From: Vicinamibacteria bacterium
Lineage (GTDB): Bacteria; Acidobacteriota; Vicinamibacteria; Marinacidobacterales; Marinacidobacteraceae
DNA: 64,000 bases
Reading direction: 5' to 3'
Assembly (NCBI GenBank): GCA_963422395.1
Contig: OY729431.1
Coordinates: 692,680-756,679, forward strand
Positions 55,256 to 64,000 of this stretch are shown here, one piece after another. Position 1 is the stretch's first letter. Every line of letters starts with the position of its first letter. The notes under the pieces were generated by a model, which saw nothing but the letters and a program-made list of their open reading frames with translations, made no database searches and had not been told where the DNA came from. Made by a program: the position numbers and the translations under genes.

Positions 55256-57802
55256 ATGCGCTTTTTCTTGGGCTTCGCTGCTCTAGTGCTCGCTGCAGGC
55301 AACCACGCCCAGATCTCTCACGCCCGGGCCTTCGAGGCCCGGATCTCCGAAGCCCGGAACCCCGAGGCCCGCTTTTCGCCAGAGAGCCCCGGGCTGTCGG
55401 CGGTGCGTGGGTGGTCGTCGGGGTCGGGGTCGGGGGTGGGGGTTTCAGGAGTTGGGGCTGGGTCGTCGGCGGAGCACAACCGGATGGTTCGGACGTATTG
55501 CGTGGTGTGTCACAACGACCGGATGCGGACGGGGAACATGTCGTTGTCGGGTTTCGATGCGGGGGATGCGTCGTCGAGTCCGGAGTTGTCGGAGAAGGTG
55601 GTATCGAAGCTGCGTTTGGGGATGATGCCGCCGCCAGGGGCGCGTCGTCCGGCGGAGGAGGTATTGGAGGAGGTTGCGGGGTCTTTGGAGGGTCAGTTGG
55701 ATCGGAATGCGGAGGAGCATCCGAATCCGGGGAGGCGTTCGTTTCAGCGTTTGAATCGTGCGGAGTACACGGCGGCGGTTCGGGATTTGCTGGCGTTGCC
55801 GGTGGATGCTGCGGAGTATTTGCCTCAGGACACGATCAGCGCGAACTTCGACAACATCGCGGATGTTCAGTTGTTGTCGGCGACATTGATGGATTCGTAT
55901 TTGCGTGCGGCGGGCGAGATCAGTCGGCTGGCGGTGGGCGATCCGAACGCTGTGCCCGCCGAGACGAGCTACTTCGTTTCCCGCTGGTCTTCGCAGCGCC
56001 TACAGGTCGAGGGCGCTCCGTACGGAACCCGCGGCGGGATCGCGGTGGAGCACACTTTTCCGGCCGACGGACACTATGTGTTCCGGGTTTCGCTGCATCA
56101 TGAGGTCTGCGGCCCGATCGTCGGCACCGCTGCCGGAGCGCTGAACTCGGAGCAGGATCCCGAGCAACTCGAAGTCTCGATCGACGGCGAGCGCGTGGCG
56201 CTGCTCGCGATCGATCCCTGGATGCACACTTCGGACCCGAACGGGGCGACGATGCGGACCGAGCCCATCTTCATCGAAGCCGGGCCGCGCCGGGTGGCCG
56301 CTGCCTTCCTGCGCCAGTTCGATGGCCCCGTTCAGGACTTGATCTCTCCGCACGACTGGTCGCTGGCGAGCACGAACATCGCGCTCACCTACGGCATCCA
56401 CAGCCTGCCGCATCTGCGGGATGTACTGATTCGCGGTCCGTTCGAGGCGACGGGGGTATCGGAGACGCCGAGTCGGAGTCGGATATTCGGTTGTCGTCCA
56501 CTGTCGTCGGAGGAGGCGGTTGGGTGCGCGGAGGAGATCTTGGGACGTTTGGGGCGTTTGGCGTATCGCCGGAGTTTGACGGGGGAGGAGTTGGGAGCGT
56601 TGATGGAGCTGTATGCGTCGGGTTCGGAGAGTGTGGGTTTCGAGGAGGGGATTCGGATGGGGATCGAGGGGATGCTGGCGAGTCCGAACTTCGTATTTCG
56701 GATCGAGGAGCCGGTGGATCCCCGTGAGGCGGCGTTCGGGTATCGGCTGAGCGACACGGACCTGGCGTCTCGTTTGTCGTTTTATCTTTGGGGGACGATA
56801 CCGGACGAGGAGTTGCTGGATTCGGCGGAGTCGGGGCGTTTGTCGGATGCGGAGGAGTATGAGGGTCAGGTGCGTCGGATGCTGTCGGATCCGCGTTCGC
56901 TGGCGTTGTCGAAGCGTTTTGCGAGCCAGTGGTTTCGGTTACAGGATTTGGAGAAGATCAACCCGAACGTGCGTTTGTTTCCGGATTTCCATCAGCAGCT
57001 GAAGGAGGCGATGGTGGAGGAGACGGAGCGTTTTTTCCATCATTTGGTATTGGAGGACCGGAGCGTATTGGAGTTGTTCACGGCGGACTACACATTCGTG
57101 AATGAGCGATTGGCGAAGCACTACGGGATGACGGGGGTAGCGGGGCCGGAGCACCGTTTGGTGCGGTATGGGGATGCGGGCCGGCGTGGGATATTCGGTC
57201 ACGGGAGCATTTTGACATTGACTTCGCATCCGTATCGGACATCGGCGGTGCTGCGGGGCAAGTGGGTGATGGAGGTATTGCTGGGGAGCCCGCCGCCGCC
57301 GCCGCCGCCGAATGTTCCGGACCTGGACGCGACGGCGGCGACGGCGGATGGGCGTGAGCTGACGGCGCGGGAGCGTTTGGAGATCCATCGGGACAACCCG
57401 GCGTGCCGTTCGTGCCACCGGATGATGGACCCGATCGGGTTGGCGCTGGAGCACTACGATGTGACGGGTCGGGAGCGGGTGAAGGACTCGGGGCAGCCGA
57501 TCGATGCGTCGGGAGAGTTCTACGACGGGACGGCGATTCGGGATGTGGGTGATCTGCGGGCGGCGCTGCTGCTGCGGCCGACGCCGCTGCTGCGGACGTT
57601 CACGGAGAACCTGATGGCGTATGCGTTGGGGAGGCGGGTGGAGTATTACGATCAGCCGCGGGTGCGAGAGATCGTGCGCGAGGCGGCGGAGTCGGACTAT
57701 CGGATGTCGGCGTTCTTGTTGGGCGTGGCGCGGAGTCCGGCGTTCCAGAGGAAGGGAGTTTCGGAGCCGTCGCCGGTGGCGACGGAGCTGGGCGAGCCCT
57801 GA
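55256..57802 (+). CDS. DUF1592/DUF1587/DUF1595-family di-heme cytochrome-like protein (Planctomycete-type PSCyt/PSD domains), copy 1
   Basis: Signal peptide MRFFLGFAALVLAAGNHAQ. Alternative TTG start at 55163. Two CxxCH haem motifs: YCVVCHND and ACRSCHRMMDPIG. Also a PPPPPPP tract. Followed by a DUF1552 gene, as is typical for this family. Confidence 0.65.
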   Translation: MRFFLGFAALVLAAGNHAQISHARAFEARISEARNPEARFSPESPGLSAVRGWSSGSGSGVGVSGVGAGSSAEHNRMVRTYCVVCHNDRMRTGNMSLSGFDAGDASSSPELSEKVVSKLRLGMMPPPGARRPAEEVLEEVAGSLEGQLDRNAEEHPNPGRRSFQRLNRAEYTAAVRDLLALPVDAAEYLPQDTISANFDNIADVQLLSATLMDSYLRAAGEISRLAVGDPNAVPAETSYFVSRWSSQRLQVEGAPYGTRGGIAVEHTFPADGHYVFRVSLHHEVCGPIVGTAAGALNSEQDPEQLEVSIDGERVALLAIDPWMHTSDPNGATMRTEPIFIEAGPRRVAAAFLRQFDGPVQDLISPHDWSLASTNIALTYGIHSLPHLRDVLIRGPFEATGVSETPSRSRIFGCRPLSSEEAVGCAEEILGRLGRLAYRRSLTGEELGALMELYASGSESVGFEEGIRMGIEGMLASPNFVFRIEEPVDPREAAFGYRLSDTDLASRLSFYLWGTIPDEELLDSAESGRLSDAEEYEGQVRRMLSDPRSLALSKRFASQWFRLQDLEKINPNVRLFPDFHQQLKEAMVEETERFFHHLVLEDRSVLELFTADYTFVNERLAKHYGMTGVAGPEHRLVRYGDAGRRGIFGHGSILTLTSHPYRTSAVLRGKWVMEVLLGSPPPPPPPNVPDLDATAATADGRELTARERLEIHRDNPACRSCHRMMDPIGLALEHYDVTGRERVKDSGQPIDASGEFYDGTAIRDVGDLRAALLLRPTPLLRTFTENLMAYALGRRVEYYDQPRVREIVREAAESDYRMSAFLLGVARSPAFQRKGVSEPSPVATELGEP

Positions 57803-57902
57803 GCTAGGAGAGAGCGATGCACTATCTGACAGGGAAGAGAGTTCCGCGGCGGAGTTTTCTGCGGGGAGCGGGTGCGGCGGTGGCGCTGCCGTTTCTGGAT
57901 GC
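55394..57902 (+). repeat. Copy A of a 6098-bp-spaced direct duplication (partner 61492-64000)
   Basis: Direct comparison: 55394-55920 versus 61492-62018 differ at only a few positions. 55920-56440 versus 62018-62538 are only about 80% identical. 56440-57902 versus 62538-64000 are identical at every position checked. The offset is constant at 6098. Confidence 0.85.
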
Positions 57903-59199
57903 GATGGTTCCGGCGAGCGTGATTGCGAAGCCGGGGGCGTCGGAGCGAACGCGGCTGGTGGCGATCGAGATCGTGCACGGCGCGGCGGGGAGCAACGAGT
58001 ATGGGCGGGAGCAGAACCTGTGGTCGCCGGCTGCGGAGGGTGCGGAGTTCGATCTGTCCGAGGGTGCGTTGAGCCCGCTTGCGCCGTATCGGGACCATGT
58101 GACGATCGTGAGCGATTGTGATGTGGAGCCGGCAGAGGCGGAGACGGCGCGTGAGATCGGAGGGGACCACTTCCGTTCGAGCGCGGCGTTCCTGACGCAG
58201 TCGCATCCGAAGCAGACGGAGGGTTCGGATGTGCACGCGGGGACTTCGCTGGACCAGCTGTATGCGGCGCGCTTCGGCCAGGAGACGCCGATTCCTTCGA
58301 TGCAGCTGTGCATCGAGACGGTGGACCAAGCGGGAGGGTGCGCGTACGGGTATGCGTGCGTGTACACGGACACGATCAGCTGGGCGTCGCCGACGCAGCC
58401 GCTGCCGATGACGCGGGACCCGCGGATCGTGTTCGATCAGCTGTTCGGCGCGGGGGGGACGCCGGAGGGCCGAGTGGCGCGTCAGCAGGCGCGCAAGAGC
58501 GTGCTGGACTTCATCGGAGAGGAAGTCCGGCGGCTCCAGGGGGCGCTGGACCCGGAGGATGTGCGGCGGATGGACCGGTATCTGACGGACATCCGTGAGA
58601 TGGAGCGTCGGATCGAGCGGATCGTGGAGCGGAACACGAGCGGAGAGCTGCGTGACCTGCCGGAGGCGCCGTCGGGAGTCCCGGACTCGTTCGACGAGCA
58701 TGTGAAGATCATGTTCGACCTGCAGGCGCTGGCGTTCCAGTCGGACATGACGCGGGTGTTCAGCTTCAAGCTGGGACGGGATGCGTCGAGCCGGGTGTAT
58801 CCGGAGAGCGGAGAAGCGACGGCGTTCCACCCGGCATCGCACCACGGGAACGACCCGGAGCGGGTGGAGGTTCTGGGACGGATCAATCGGTACCATGTGG
58901 GCTTGGTCCCGTATTTCATGGAGCGGCTCGCGGGGATCGAGGAGGGAGACCGCTCGCTGCTGGACAAGACGATGATCCTGTATGGGTCCCCGATGGGAGA
59001 CCCGAACATCCACAACCACAAGCGGGTTCCGTTCTTCGTCGCAGGCGGTGCGAACGGGGCGCTGGAGCATGGCCTGCATTTGCGGGCGGCGGCGGGTACG
59101 CCGCTGGCGAACGTGATGCTGACGCTGTTGCACGAGCTGGGTCTGGACGACCTCCCGCGCTTCGGAAACAGCACCGGAGAGTTCTCCCTTTCGGCGTGA
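57817..59199 (+). CDS. DUF1552-domain protein with twin-arginine (Tat) signal, copy 1
   Basis: AGGAGAG RBS. MHYLTGKRVPRRSFLRGAGAAVALPFL is the Tat motif RRSFLRG. 460 aa. Standard partner of DUF1592 proteins. Confidence 0.65.
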   Translation: MHYLTGKRVPRRSFLRGAGAAVALPFLDAMVPASVIAKPGASERTRLVAIEIVHGAAGSNEYGREQNLWSPAAEGAEFDLSEGALSPLAPYRDHVTIVSDCDVEPAEAETAREIGGDHFRSSAAFLTQSHPKQTEGSDVHAGTSLDQLYAARFGQETPIPSMQLCIETVDQAGGCAYGYACVYTDTISWASPTQPLPMTRDPRIVFDQLFGAGGTPEGRVARQQARKSVLDFIGEEVRRLQGALDPEDVRRMDRYLTDIREMERRIERIVERNTSGELRDLPEAPSGVPDSFDEHVKIMFDLQALAFQSDMTRVFSFKLGRDASSRVYPESGEATAFHPASHHGNDPERVEVLGRINRYHVGLVPYFMERLAGIEEGDRSLLDKTMILYGSPMGDPNIHNHKRVPFFVAGGANGALEHGLHLRAAAGTPLANVMLTLLHELGLDDLPRFGNSTGEFSLSA

Positions 59200-59231
59200 G
59201 CCGGGGGCGCGCCGGGGAGGAGATCTGGAAA

Positions 59232-61298
59232 ATGGAGATGGAGAGGAACGGAGAGAAGCGGAAGGCGGGGCTGTTGCTGTGCCTCGCGGCGGGGCTCGCG
59301 GCGGCGTGCCTATCGCTGGCGGGGGCCTCGTTCGCGGCGCGGGTGCCGCCGGTTCTGGAGGCGGCGAAGCGTGGAGATGTCGAGGCGCTGCGGTCGGAGC
59401 TGCGGTCGGGGGGAGATGTGAACACGGCGCAGGGGGACGGTTTCACCGCGCTGCACTGGGCGGCGAAGACGGGGAGCCGCGAGGTGGCGGAGGTGTTGAT
59501 CGCGGCGGGAGCGGACCTGCGGGCGACGACGCGGCTGGGAAGCCACATGCCGTTGCATGTGGCGGCGGCAGCGGGGCAGCCGGGGGTTGCGGAAGCGCTG
59601 CTCGAGGCCGGCGCTCCGGTCGCTGCAACCACCGGAACCGGCGCTCGGCCCATCCACTTCGCCGCCGCCTCCGGGAACCCCTCCCTGATCGAAGTGCTCG
59701 CGGGGAAGGGCGCTGACCTGAATGTGGTCGAACCGCAGTGGGGGCAGACCCCGCTCATGTTCGCCGCCGCCACCGGCCGCGCCGCGGCGGTCGAGGCGCT
59801 GCTGGTTCGAGGGGCGGATCCCTCCGCGACGGCCTCGGTCCTCGATGTGGCGGCGCGGGCAGAAGCCGACCTGCTGGCCCGCCGGGCCCGTCAGGCGCGG
59901 GTAGATCGCGAGCGGGGCGGGGCCGGCGTGATCTACGACCCTCGGGAACGGGACAAGCAGCGCAAGGAAGCGCAGCGGCGGGCGAAGGCGGCCGCTGCCG
60001 CCAAGGCGGAGCGCGAGAAAGGGCGCACCGAAGAAACGCCCGCAGCCTCCGGTTCCGGAAAGAGCGGCTCTGCGGATCTCGCCGACCTGAAGCTGGAGGG
60101 AAAGAAGCCAGCGGAGGACGGGGAGGGCGCAGCCGATGCGGAAGCGTCCGAAGCCGAAAAGGACGAACACGCGGAGGCTCACGGCCACCCCGAAGACGAA
60201 CTCGTCCGGGAAGAAGAGAAGACCCGGAAAGAAGACGAGCAGAAGGCCGCCGCCCGGAAGGGTGGTGACTCCGGGAAGGAAAACCGGCAGCCGCTGCGGT
60301 ATGCCGAACTCGTGGGCACCCACGGCGGTCTGACGGCGCTGCTGCTCGCTGCCCGCGACGGCCATCTCGAAGCGGCGGCGGCTCTGCTGGACGGAGGCGC
60401 CGCTGTCGATCAGCGAGCTGAAGGACACCGGACGACCCCGCTTCTGATGGCCGCCATCAACGGCCACTACGACCTCGGCATGGAGCTGCTCGCCCGCGGT
60501 GCCGACCCGAACCTCAGGAACATCTCCGGTGCCGCTCCGCTCTATGCAGCCATCAACGCCCGCTGGATTTCCCAACCCTTCCACCCGCAGCCGGCAGACC
60601 ACCTGCAGCAGCAGAACTCGCATGTCGAGTTCATGGAAGCGCTGATCGAGGCCGGCGCCGATATCGATGCTCGGCTCGAGCGGAAGCAGTGGTACAGCAC
60701 CTACAACACCGACCAGCTCGGAGTGAACCGGGCCGGGGCGACCGCCTTCTGGCGCGCTGCGTACGCGCTGGACATTCCGGCGATGGAACTGCTCGTTGCG
60801 CACGGTGCGGACCCTTCGATTCCCACCATGAAGGTCCCCGAACGGACGCTGCGCCGGCTGACGGACCTGGTCTCCGAAGATCCGGAGGAGGATCCTTCGG
60901 GGCTGCCCGAGGTGCCCTACGGAGGGCCTGGCGTCTATCCGATCCACGCTGCCGCCGGGGTGGGCTACGGGCTGGGTCTCGCGGCGAACTCGCATCGCCA
61001 CGCTCCCGACGCCTGGCTGCCGGCGGTGCAGTACCTGGTGGAGGAACACGGCGCCGATCCGGACGCCCGAGACCACAATGGATACAGCGTCATCCACCAC
61101 GCCGCTTCGCGCGGGGACAACGAGATGATCGAGTATCTGATCGGGAAGGGCGCCGATCCGTTGGCGGTCGCCCGGACCGGCCAGACGACGATCGATCTCG
61201 CGAACGGTCCGGTGCAGCGGATCAGCCCCTTCCCGGAAACCATCGCGCTACTCGAAGGTTACGGCGCCAAGAACAACAACCGCTGCGTCGGGTGCTGA
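59232..61298 (+). CDS. Secreted ankyrin-repeat protein with charged low-complexity central linker
   Basis: GGAGGAG RBS 9 nt upstream. Signal peptide MEMERNGEKRKAGLLLCLAAGLAAACLSLAGASFA. ANK repeats (GFTALHWAAKTGSREVAEVLIAAGADL, MPLHVAAAAGQPGVAEALLEAGA, TPLLMAAINGHYDLGMELLARGADPN, YSVIHHAASRGDNEMIEYLIGKGADP). A ~130-aa K/E/A-rich linker sits in the middle. Confidence 0.65.
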   Translation: MEMERNGEKRKAGLLLCLAAGLAAACLSLAGASFAARVPPVLEAAKRGDVEALRSELRSGGDVNTAQGDGFTALHWAAKTGSREVAEVLIAAGADLRATTRLGSHMPLHVAAAAGQPGVAEALLEAGAPVAATTGTGARPIHFAAASGNPSLIEVLAGKGADLNVVEPQWGQTPLMFAAATGRAAAVEALLVRGADPSATASVLDVAARAEADLLARRARQARVDRERGGAGVIYDPRERDKQRKEAQRRAKAAAAAKAEREKGRTEETPAASGSGKSGSADLADLKLEGKKPAEDGEGAADAEASEAEKDEHAEAHGHPEDELVREEEKTRKEDEQKAAARKGGDSGKENRQPLRYAELVGTHGGLTALLLAARDGHLEAAAALLDGGAAVDQRAEGHRTTPLLMAAINGHYDLGMELLARGADPNLRNISGAAPLYAAINARWISQPFHPQPADHLQQQNSHVEFMEALIEAGADIDARLERKQWYSTYNTDQLGVNRAGATAFWRAAYALDIPAMELLVAHGADPSIPTMKVPERTLRRLTDLVSEDPEEDPSGLPEVPYGGPGVYPIHAAAGVGYGLGLAANSHRHAPDAWLPAVQYLVEEHGADPDARDHNGYSVIHHAASRGDNEMIEYLIGKGADPLAVARTGQTTIDLANGPVQRISPFPETIALLEGYGAKNNNRCVGC

Positions 61299-61305
61299 CA
61301 AGAGG

Positions 61306-63900
61306 ATGCGGCGTTTGACTTTCGATGGCGAGGCGAGGGTCGGCCGCGTTCCCTTTGCGATTTCCGTTTTCCTGATTTCCCTGCTGCCGATTGCCGCCGG
61401 GGCCTCTTCGGCTGCGGCAGCACCGTCTCTCCCACCGTCCTCGCCGCAGGCGTCAGCGGTCGAAGGATCGCCGCCGCTTTCCGCTTCTGCGCTGTCGGCG
61501 GTGCGTGGGTGGTCGTCGGGGTCGGGGTCGGGGGTGGGGGTTTCAGGAGTTGGGGCTGGGTCGTCGGCGGAGCACAACCGGATGGTTCGGATGTATTGCG
61601 TGGTGTGTCACAACGACCGGATGCGGACGGGGAACATGTCGTTGTCGGGTTTCGATGCGGGGGATGCGTCGTCGAGTCCGGAGTTGTCGGAGAAGGTGGT
61701 GTCGAAGCTGCGTTTGGGGATGATGCCGCCGCCAGGGGCGCGTCGTCCGGCGGAGGAGGTATTGGAGGAGGTTGCGGGGTCTTTGGAGGGTCAGTTGGAT
61801 CGGAATGCGGAGGAGCATCCGAATCCGGGGAGGCGTTCGTTTCAGCGTTTGAATCGTGCGGAGTACACGGCGGCGGTTCGGGATTTGCTGGCGTTGCCGG
61901 TGGATGCTGCGGAGTATTTGCCTCAGGACACGATCAGCGCGAACTTCGACAACATCGCGGATGTTCAGTTGTTGTCGGCGACATTGATGGATTCGTATTT
62001 GCGTGCGGCGGGCGAGATCAGTCGGCTGGCCGTGGGCGATCCGAACGCTGCGCCCGCCGAGACCGGCTACCATGTGTCGCGTTGGGCGTCCCAGCTGGAC
62101 CAGGTCGAGGGCGCTCCGTACGGAACCCGCGGCGGGATCGCGGTGGAGCATGTCTTTCCCGCTGACGGTGCATACCGATTCCGAGTGGCGTTCCACCATG
62201 AGACGACCGGCGCGATCGTGGGTTCGGGATCGAGTTCGCTCCATACCCTGGACGCTCCGGAACGAGTGGAGATCTCGATCGACGGCGAGCGGGTGGCGCT
62301 GCTCACGGTCGACCGCTGGATGCATGTCTCCGATCCCGACGGGGTCAACTTGCGGACCGAGCCCATCTTCGTCCGCGGGGGGCCGCGCCGGGTTGCTGCT
62401 GCCTTCCTGAAACATTACGAGGGTCCGGTCCTCGACTTGATCTCTCCGCACGACTGGTCGCTGGCGAGCACCGCGACCTCGAGGACCTACGGCATCCACA
62501 ATGTCCCCCACCTGCGGGATTTCTTCATCACCGGTCCGTTCGAGGCGACGGGGGTATCGGAGACGCCGAGTCGGAGTCGGATATTCGGTTGTCGTCCACT
62601 GTCGTCGGAGGAGGCGGTTGGGTGCGCGGAGGAGATCTTGGGACGTTTGGGGCGTTTGGCGTATCGCCGGAGTTTGACGGGGGAGGAGTTGGGAGCGTTG
62701 ATGGAGCTGTATGCGTCGGGTTCGGAGAGTGTGGGTTTCGAGGAGGGGATTCGGATGGGGATCGAGGGGATGCTGGCGAGTCCGAACTTCGTATTTCGGA
62801 TCGAGGAGCCGGTGGATCCCCGTGAGGCGGCGTTCGGGTATCGGCTGAGCGACACGGACCTGGCGTCTCGTTTGTCGTTTTATCTTTGGGGGACGATACC
62901 GGACGAGGAGTTGCTGGATTCGGCGGAGTCGGGGCGTTTGTCGGATGCGGAGGAGTATGAGGGTCAGGTGCGTCGGATGCTGTCGGATCCGCGTTCGCTG
63001 GCGTTGTCGAAGCGTTTTGCGAGCCAGTGGTTTCGGTTACAGGATTTGGAGAAGATCAACCCGAACGTGCGTTTGTTTCCGGATTTCCATCAGCAGCTGA
63101 AGGAGGCGATGGTGGAGGAGACGGAGCGTTTTTTCCATCATTTGGTATTGGAGGACCGGAGCGTATTGGAGTTGTTCACGGCGGACTACACATTCGTGAA
63201 TGAGCGATTGGCGAAGCACTACGGGATGACGGGGGTAGCGGGGCCGGAGCACCGTTTGGTGCGGTATGGGGATGCGGGCCGGCGTGGGATATTCGGTCAC
63301 GGGAGCATTTTGACATTGACTTCGCATCCGTATCGGACATCGGCGGTGCTGCGGGGCAAGTGGGTGATGGAGGTATTGCTGGGGAGCCCGCCGCCGCCGC
63401 CGCCGCCGAATGTTCCGGACCTGGACGCGACGGCGGCGACGGCGGATGGGCGTGAGCTGACGGCGCGGGAGCGTTTGGAGATCCATCGGGACAACCCGGC
63501 GTGCCGTTCGTGCCACCGGATGATGGACCCGATCGGGTTGGCGCTGGAGCACTACGATGTGACGGGTCGGGAGCGGGTGAAGGACTCGGGGCAGCCGATC
63601 GATGCGTCGGGAGAGTTCTACGACGGGACGGCGATTCGGGATGTGGGTGATCTGCGGGCGGCGCTGCTGCTGCGGCCGACGCCGCTGCTGCGGACGTTCA
63701 CGGAGAACCTGATGGCGTATGCGTTGGGGAGGCGGGTGGAGTATTACGATCAGCCGCGGGTGCGAGAGATCGTGCGCGAGGCGGCGGAGTCGGACTATCG
63801 GATGTCGGCGTTCTTGTTGGGCGTGGCGCGGAGTCCGGCGTTCCAGAGGAAGGGAGTTTCGGAGCCGTCGCCGGTGGCGACGGAGCTGGGCGAGCCCTGA
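61306..63900 (+). CDS. DUF1592/DUF1587/DUF1595-family di-heme cytochrome-like protein, copy 2
   Basis: Different N-terminus from copy 1 (MRRLTFDGEARVGRVPFAISVFLISLLPIAAGASSAAAA). From 61492 onward it is near-identical to copy 1, apart from a ~520-bp diverged patch. Same CVVCH and CRSCH motifs. Confidence 0.65.
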   Translation: MRRLTFDGEARVGRVPFAISVFLISLLPIAAGASSAAAAPSLPPSSPQASAVEGSPPLSASALSAVRGWSSGSGSGVGVSGVGAGSSAEHNRMVRMYCVVCHNDRMRTGNMSLSGFDAGDASSSPELSEKVVSKLRLGMMPPPGARRPAEEVLEEVAGSLEGQLDRNAEEHPNPGRRSFQRLNRAEYTAAVRDLLALPVDAAEYLPQDTISANFDNIADVQLLSATLMDSYLRAAGEISRLAVGDPNAAPAETGYHVSRWASQLDQVEGAPYGTRGGIAVEHVFPADGAYRFRVAFHHETTGAIVGSGSSSLHTLDAPERVEISIDGERVALLTVDRWMHVSDPDGVNLRTEPIFVRGGPRRVAAAFLKHYEGPVLDLISPHDWSLASTATSRTYGIHNVPHLRDFFITGPFEATGVSETPSRSRIFGCRPLSSEEAVGCAEEILGRLGRLAYRRSLTGEELGALMELYASGSESVGFEEGIRMGIEGMLASPNFVFRIEEPVDPREAAFGYRLSDTDLASRLSFYLWGTIPDEELLDSAESGRLSDAEEYEGQVRRMLSDPRSLALSKRFASQWFRLQDLEKINPNVRLFPDFHQQLKEAMVEETERFFHHLVLEDRSVLELFTADYTFVNERLAKHYGMTGVAGPEHRLVRYGDAGRRGIFGHGSILTLTSHPYRTSAVLRGKWVMEVLLGSPPPPPPPNVPDLDATAATADGRELTARERLEIHRDNPACRSCHRMMDPIGLALEHYDVTGRERVKDSGQPIDASGEFYDGTAIRDVGDLRAALLLRPTPLLRTFTENLMAYALGRRVEYYDQPRVREIVREAAESDYRMSAFLLGVARSPAFQRKGVSEPSPVATELGEP

Positions 63901-64000
63901 GCTAGGAGAGAGCGATGCACTATCTGACAGGGAAGAGAGTTCCGCGGCGGAGTTTTCTGCGGGGAGCGGGTGCGGCGGTGGCGCTGCCGTTTCTGGATGC
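61492..64000 (+). repeat. Copy B of the duplication (partner 55394-57902); extends to window end
   Basis: See copy A. Identity continues to the last base of the window, so the repeat may be longer. Confidence 0.85.
63916..64000 (+). CDS. DUF1552-domain Tat-signal protein, copy 2 (5' end only, runs off window)
   Basis: Identical over 85 nt to the start of the 57817 gene (MHYLTGKRVPRRSFLRGAGAAVALPFLD). Confidence 0.5.

Noticed and set aside
55411-63552. Gly-rich plus ORFs (55411-56103, 61509-62165) and His/Arg/Pro-rich minus ORFs (57697-59133, 59310-61100, 61543-62511, 56939-57454, 63037-63552) within the duplicated locus
   Set aside because: These are frame-shifted or antisense readings of the G-rich coding strand. 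They are duplicated only because the underlying DNA is duplicated, and they have no independent support.

Overview
High-GC (roughly 68-70%) bacterial chromosomal segment. The lineage is probably Gemmatimonadota- or Planctomycetota-like, judged from tandem DUF5916 outer-membrane proteins and DUF1592/DUF1552 pairs. Coding density is very high. Most long ORFs in the six-frame track are antisense artefacts of the GC content.

All gene calls were made by eye from conserved motifs. No database search was possible. No rRNA, tRNA or CRISPR array was recognised.

Three regions stand out:
- 1-9919, minus strand: a six-gene defence island. It begins with an XRE-HTH::SNF2-helicase::DUF3883 giant protein. 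A Gabija-like pair follows: an OLD-family ATPase/Toprim and a UvrD-like helicase overlapping in ATGA. A DUF262 protein then overlaps, again in ATGA, with a HEPN-like (R-x4-H) protein. A KAP-family P-loop NTPase runs off the window start through an AT-rich patch. Two Phd/YefM antitoxin genes flank the island, one paired with a VapC PIN toxin.
- 40601-44581, plus strand: a tight three-gene module directly after acs-pepA. It is an AAA15-type ABC ATPase, then a Toprim-like protein with DUF4435/AriB-like motifs, then a second DUF262 protein. This looks like a PARIS-like (AriA/AriB) system with an extra DUF262 partner, and may be an undescribed variant.
- 55.2-64 kb: an operon of DUF1592 di-heme protein, Tat-signal DUF1552 protein, secreted ankyrin-repeat protein, then DUF1592 and DUF1552 again. 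The two DUF1592-DUF1552 copies lie 6098 bp apart and are essentially identical, except for a ~520-bp patch at about 80% identity. The identical blocks have a C-depleted, G/T-ending codon style unlike the rest of the window. The style switches abruptly, including once inside the ankyrin gene. This points to gene conversion, foreign origin or an assembly chimera.

The rest is housekeeping and accessory metabolism:
- three tandem DUF5916/CBM9-like outer-membrane beta-barrel paralogs;
- a CitE-like lyase, a beta-lactamase-family serine hydrolase and a TolB-propeller amidohydrolase;
- HU, a GspE/PilB ATPase and pyrK-pyrD-pyrF;
- a Wzx-like flippase, Pal with a long polyproline linker, and an AIR-synthase-related protein;
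- trkA-trkH, acs, pepA, a DUF3810 protein, an HExxH protein, an LhgO-like oxidase and a second amidohydrolase;
- an operon of DUF4212-like small membrane protein, two SSS transporters and a PLP-dependent decarboxylase;
- xth.
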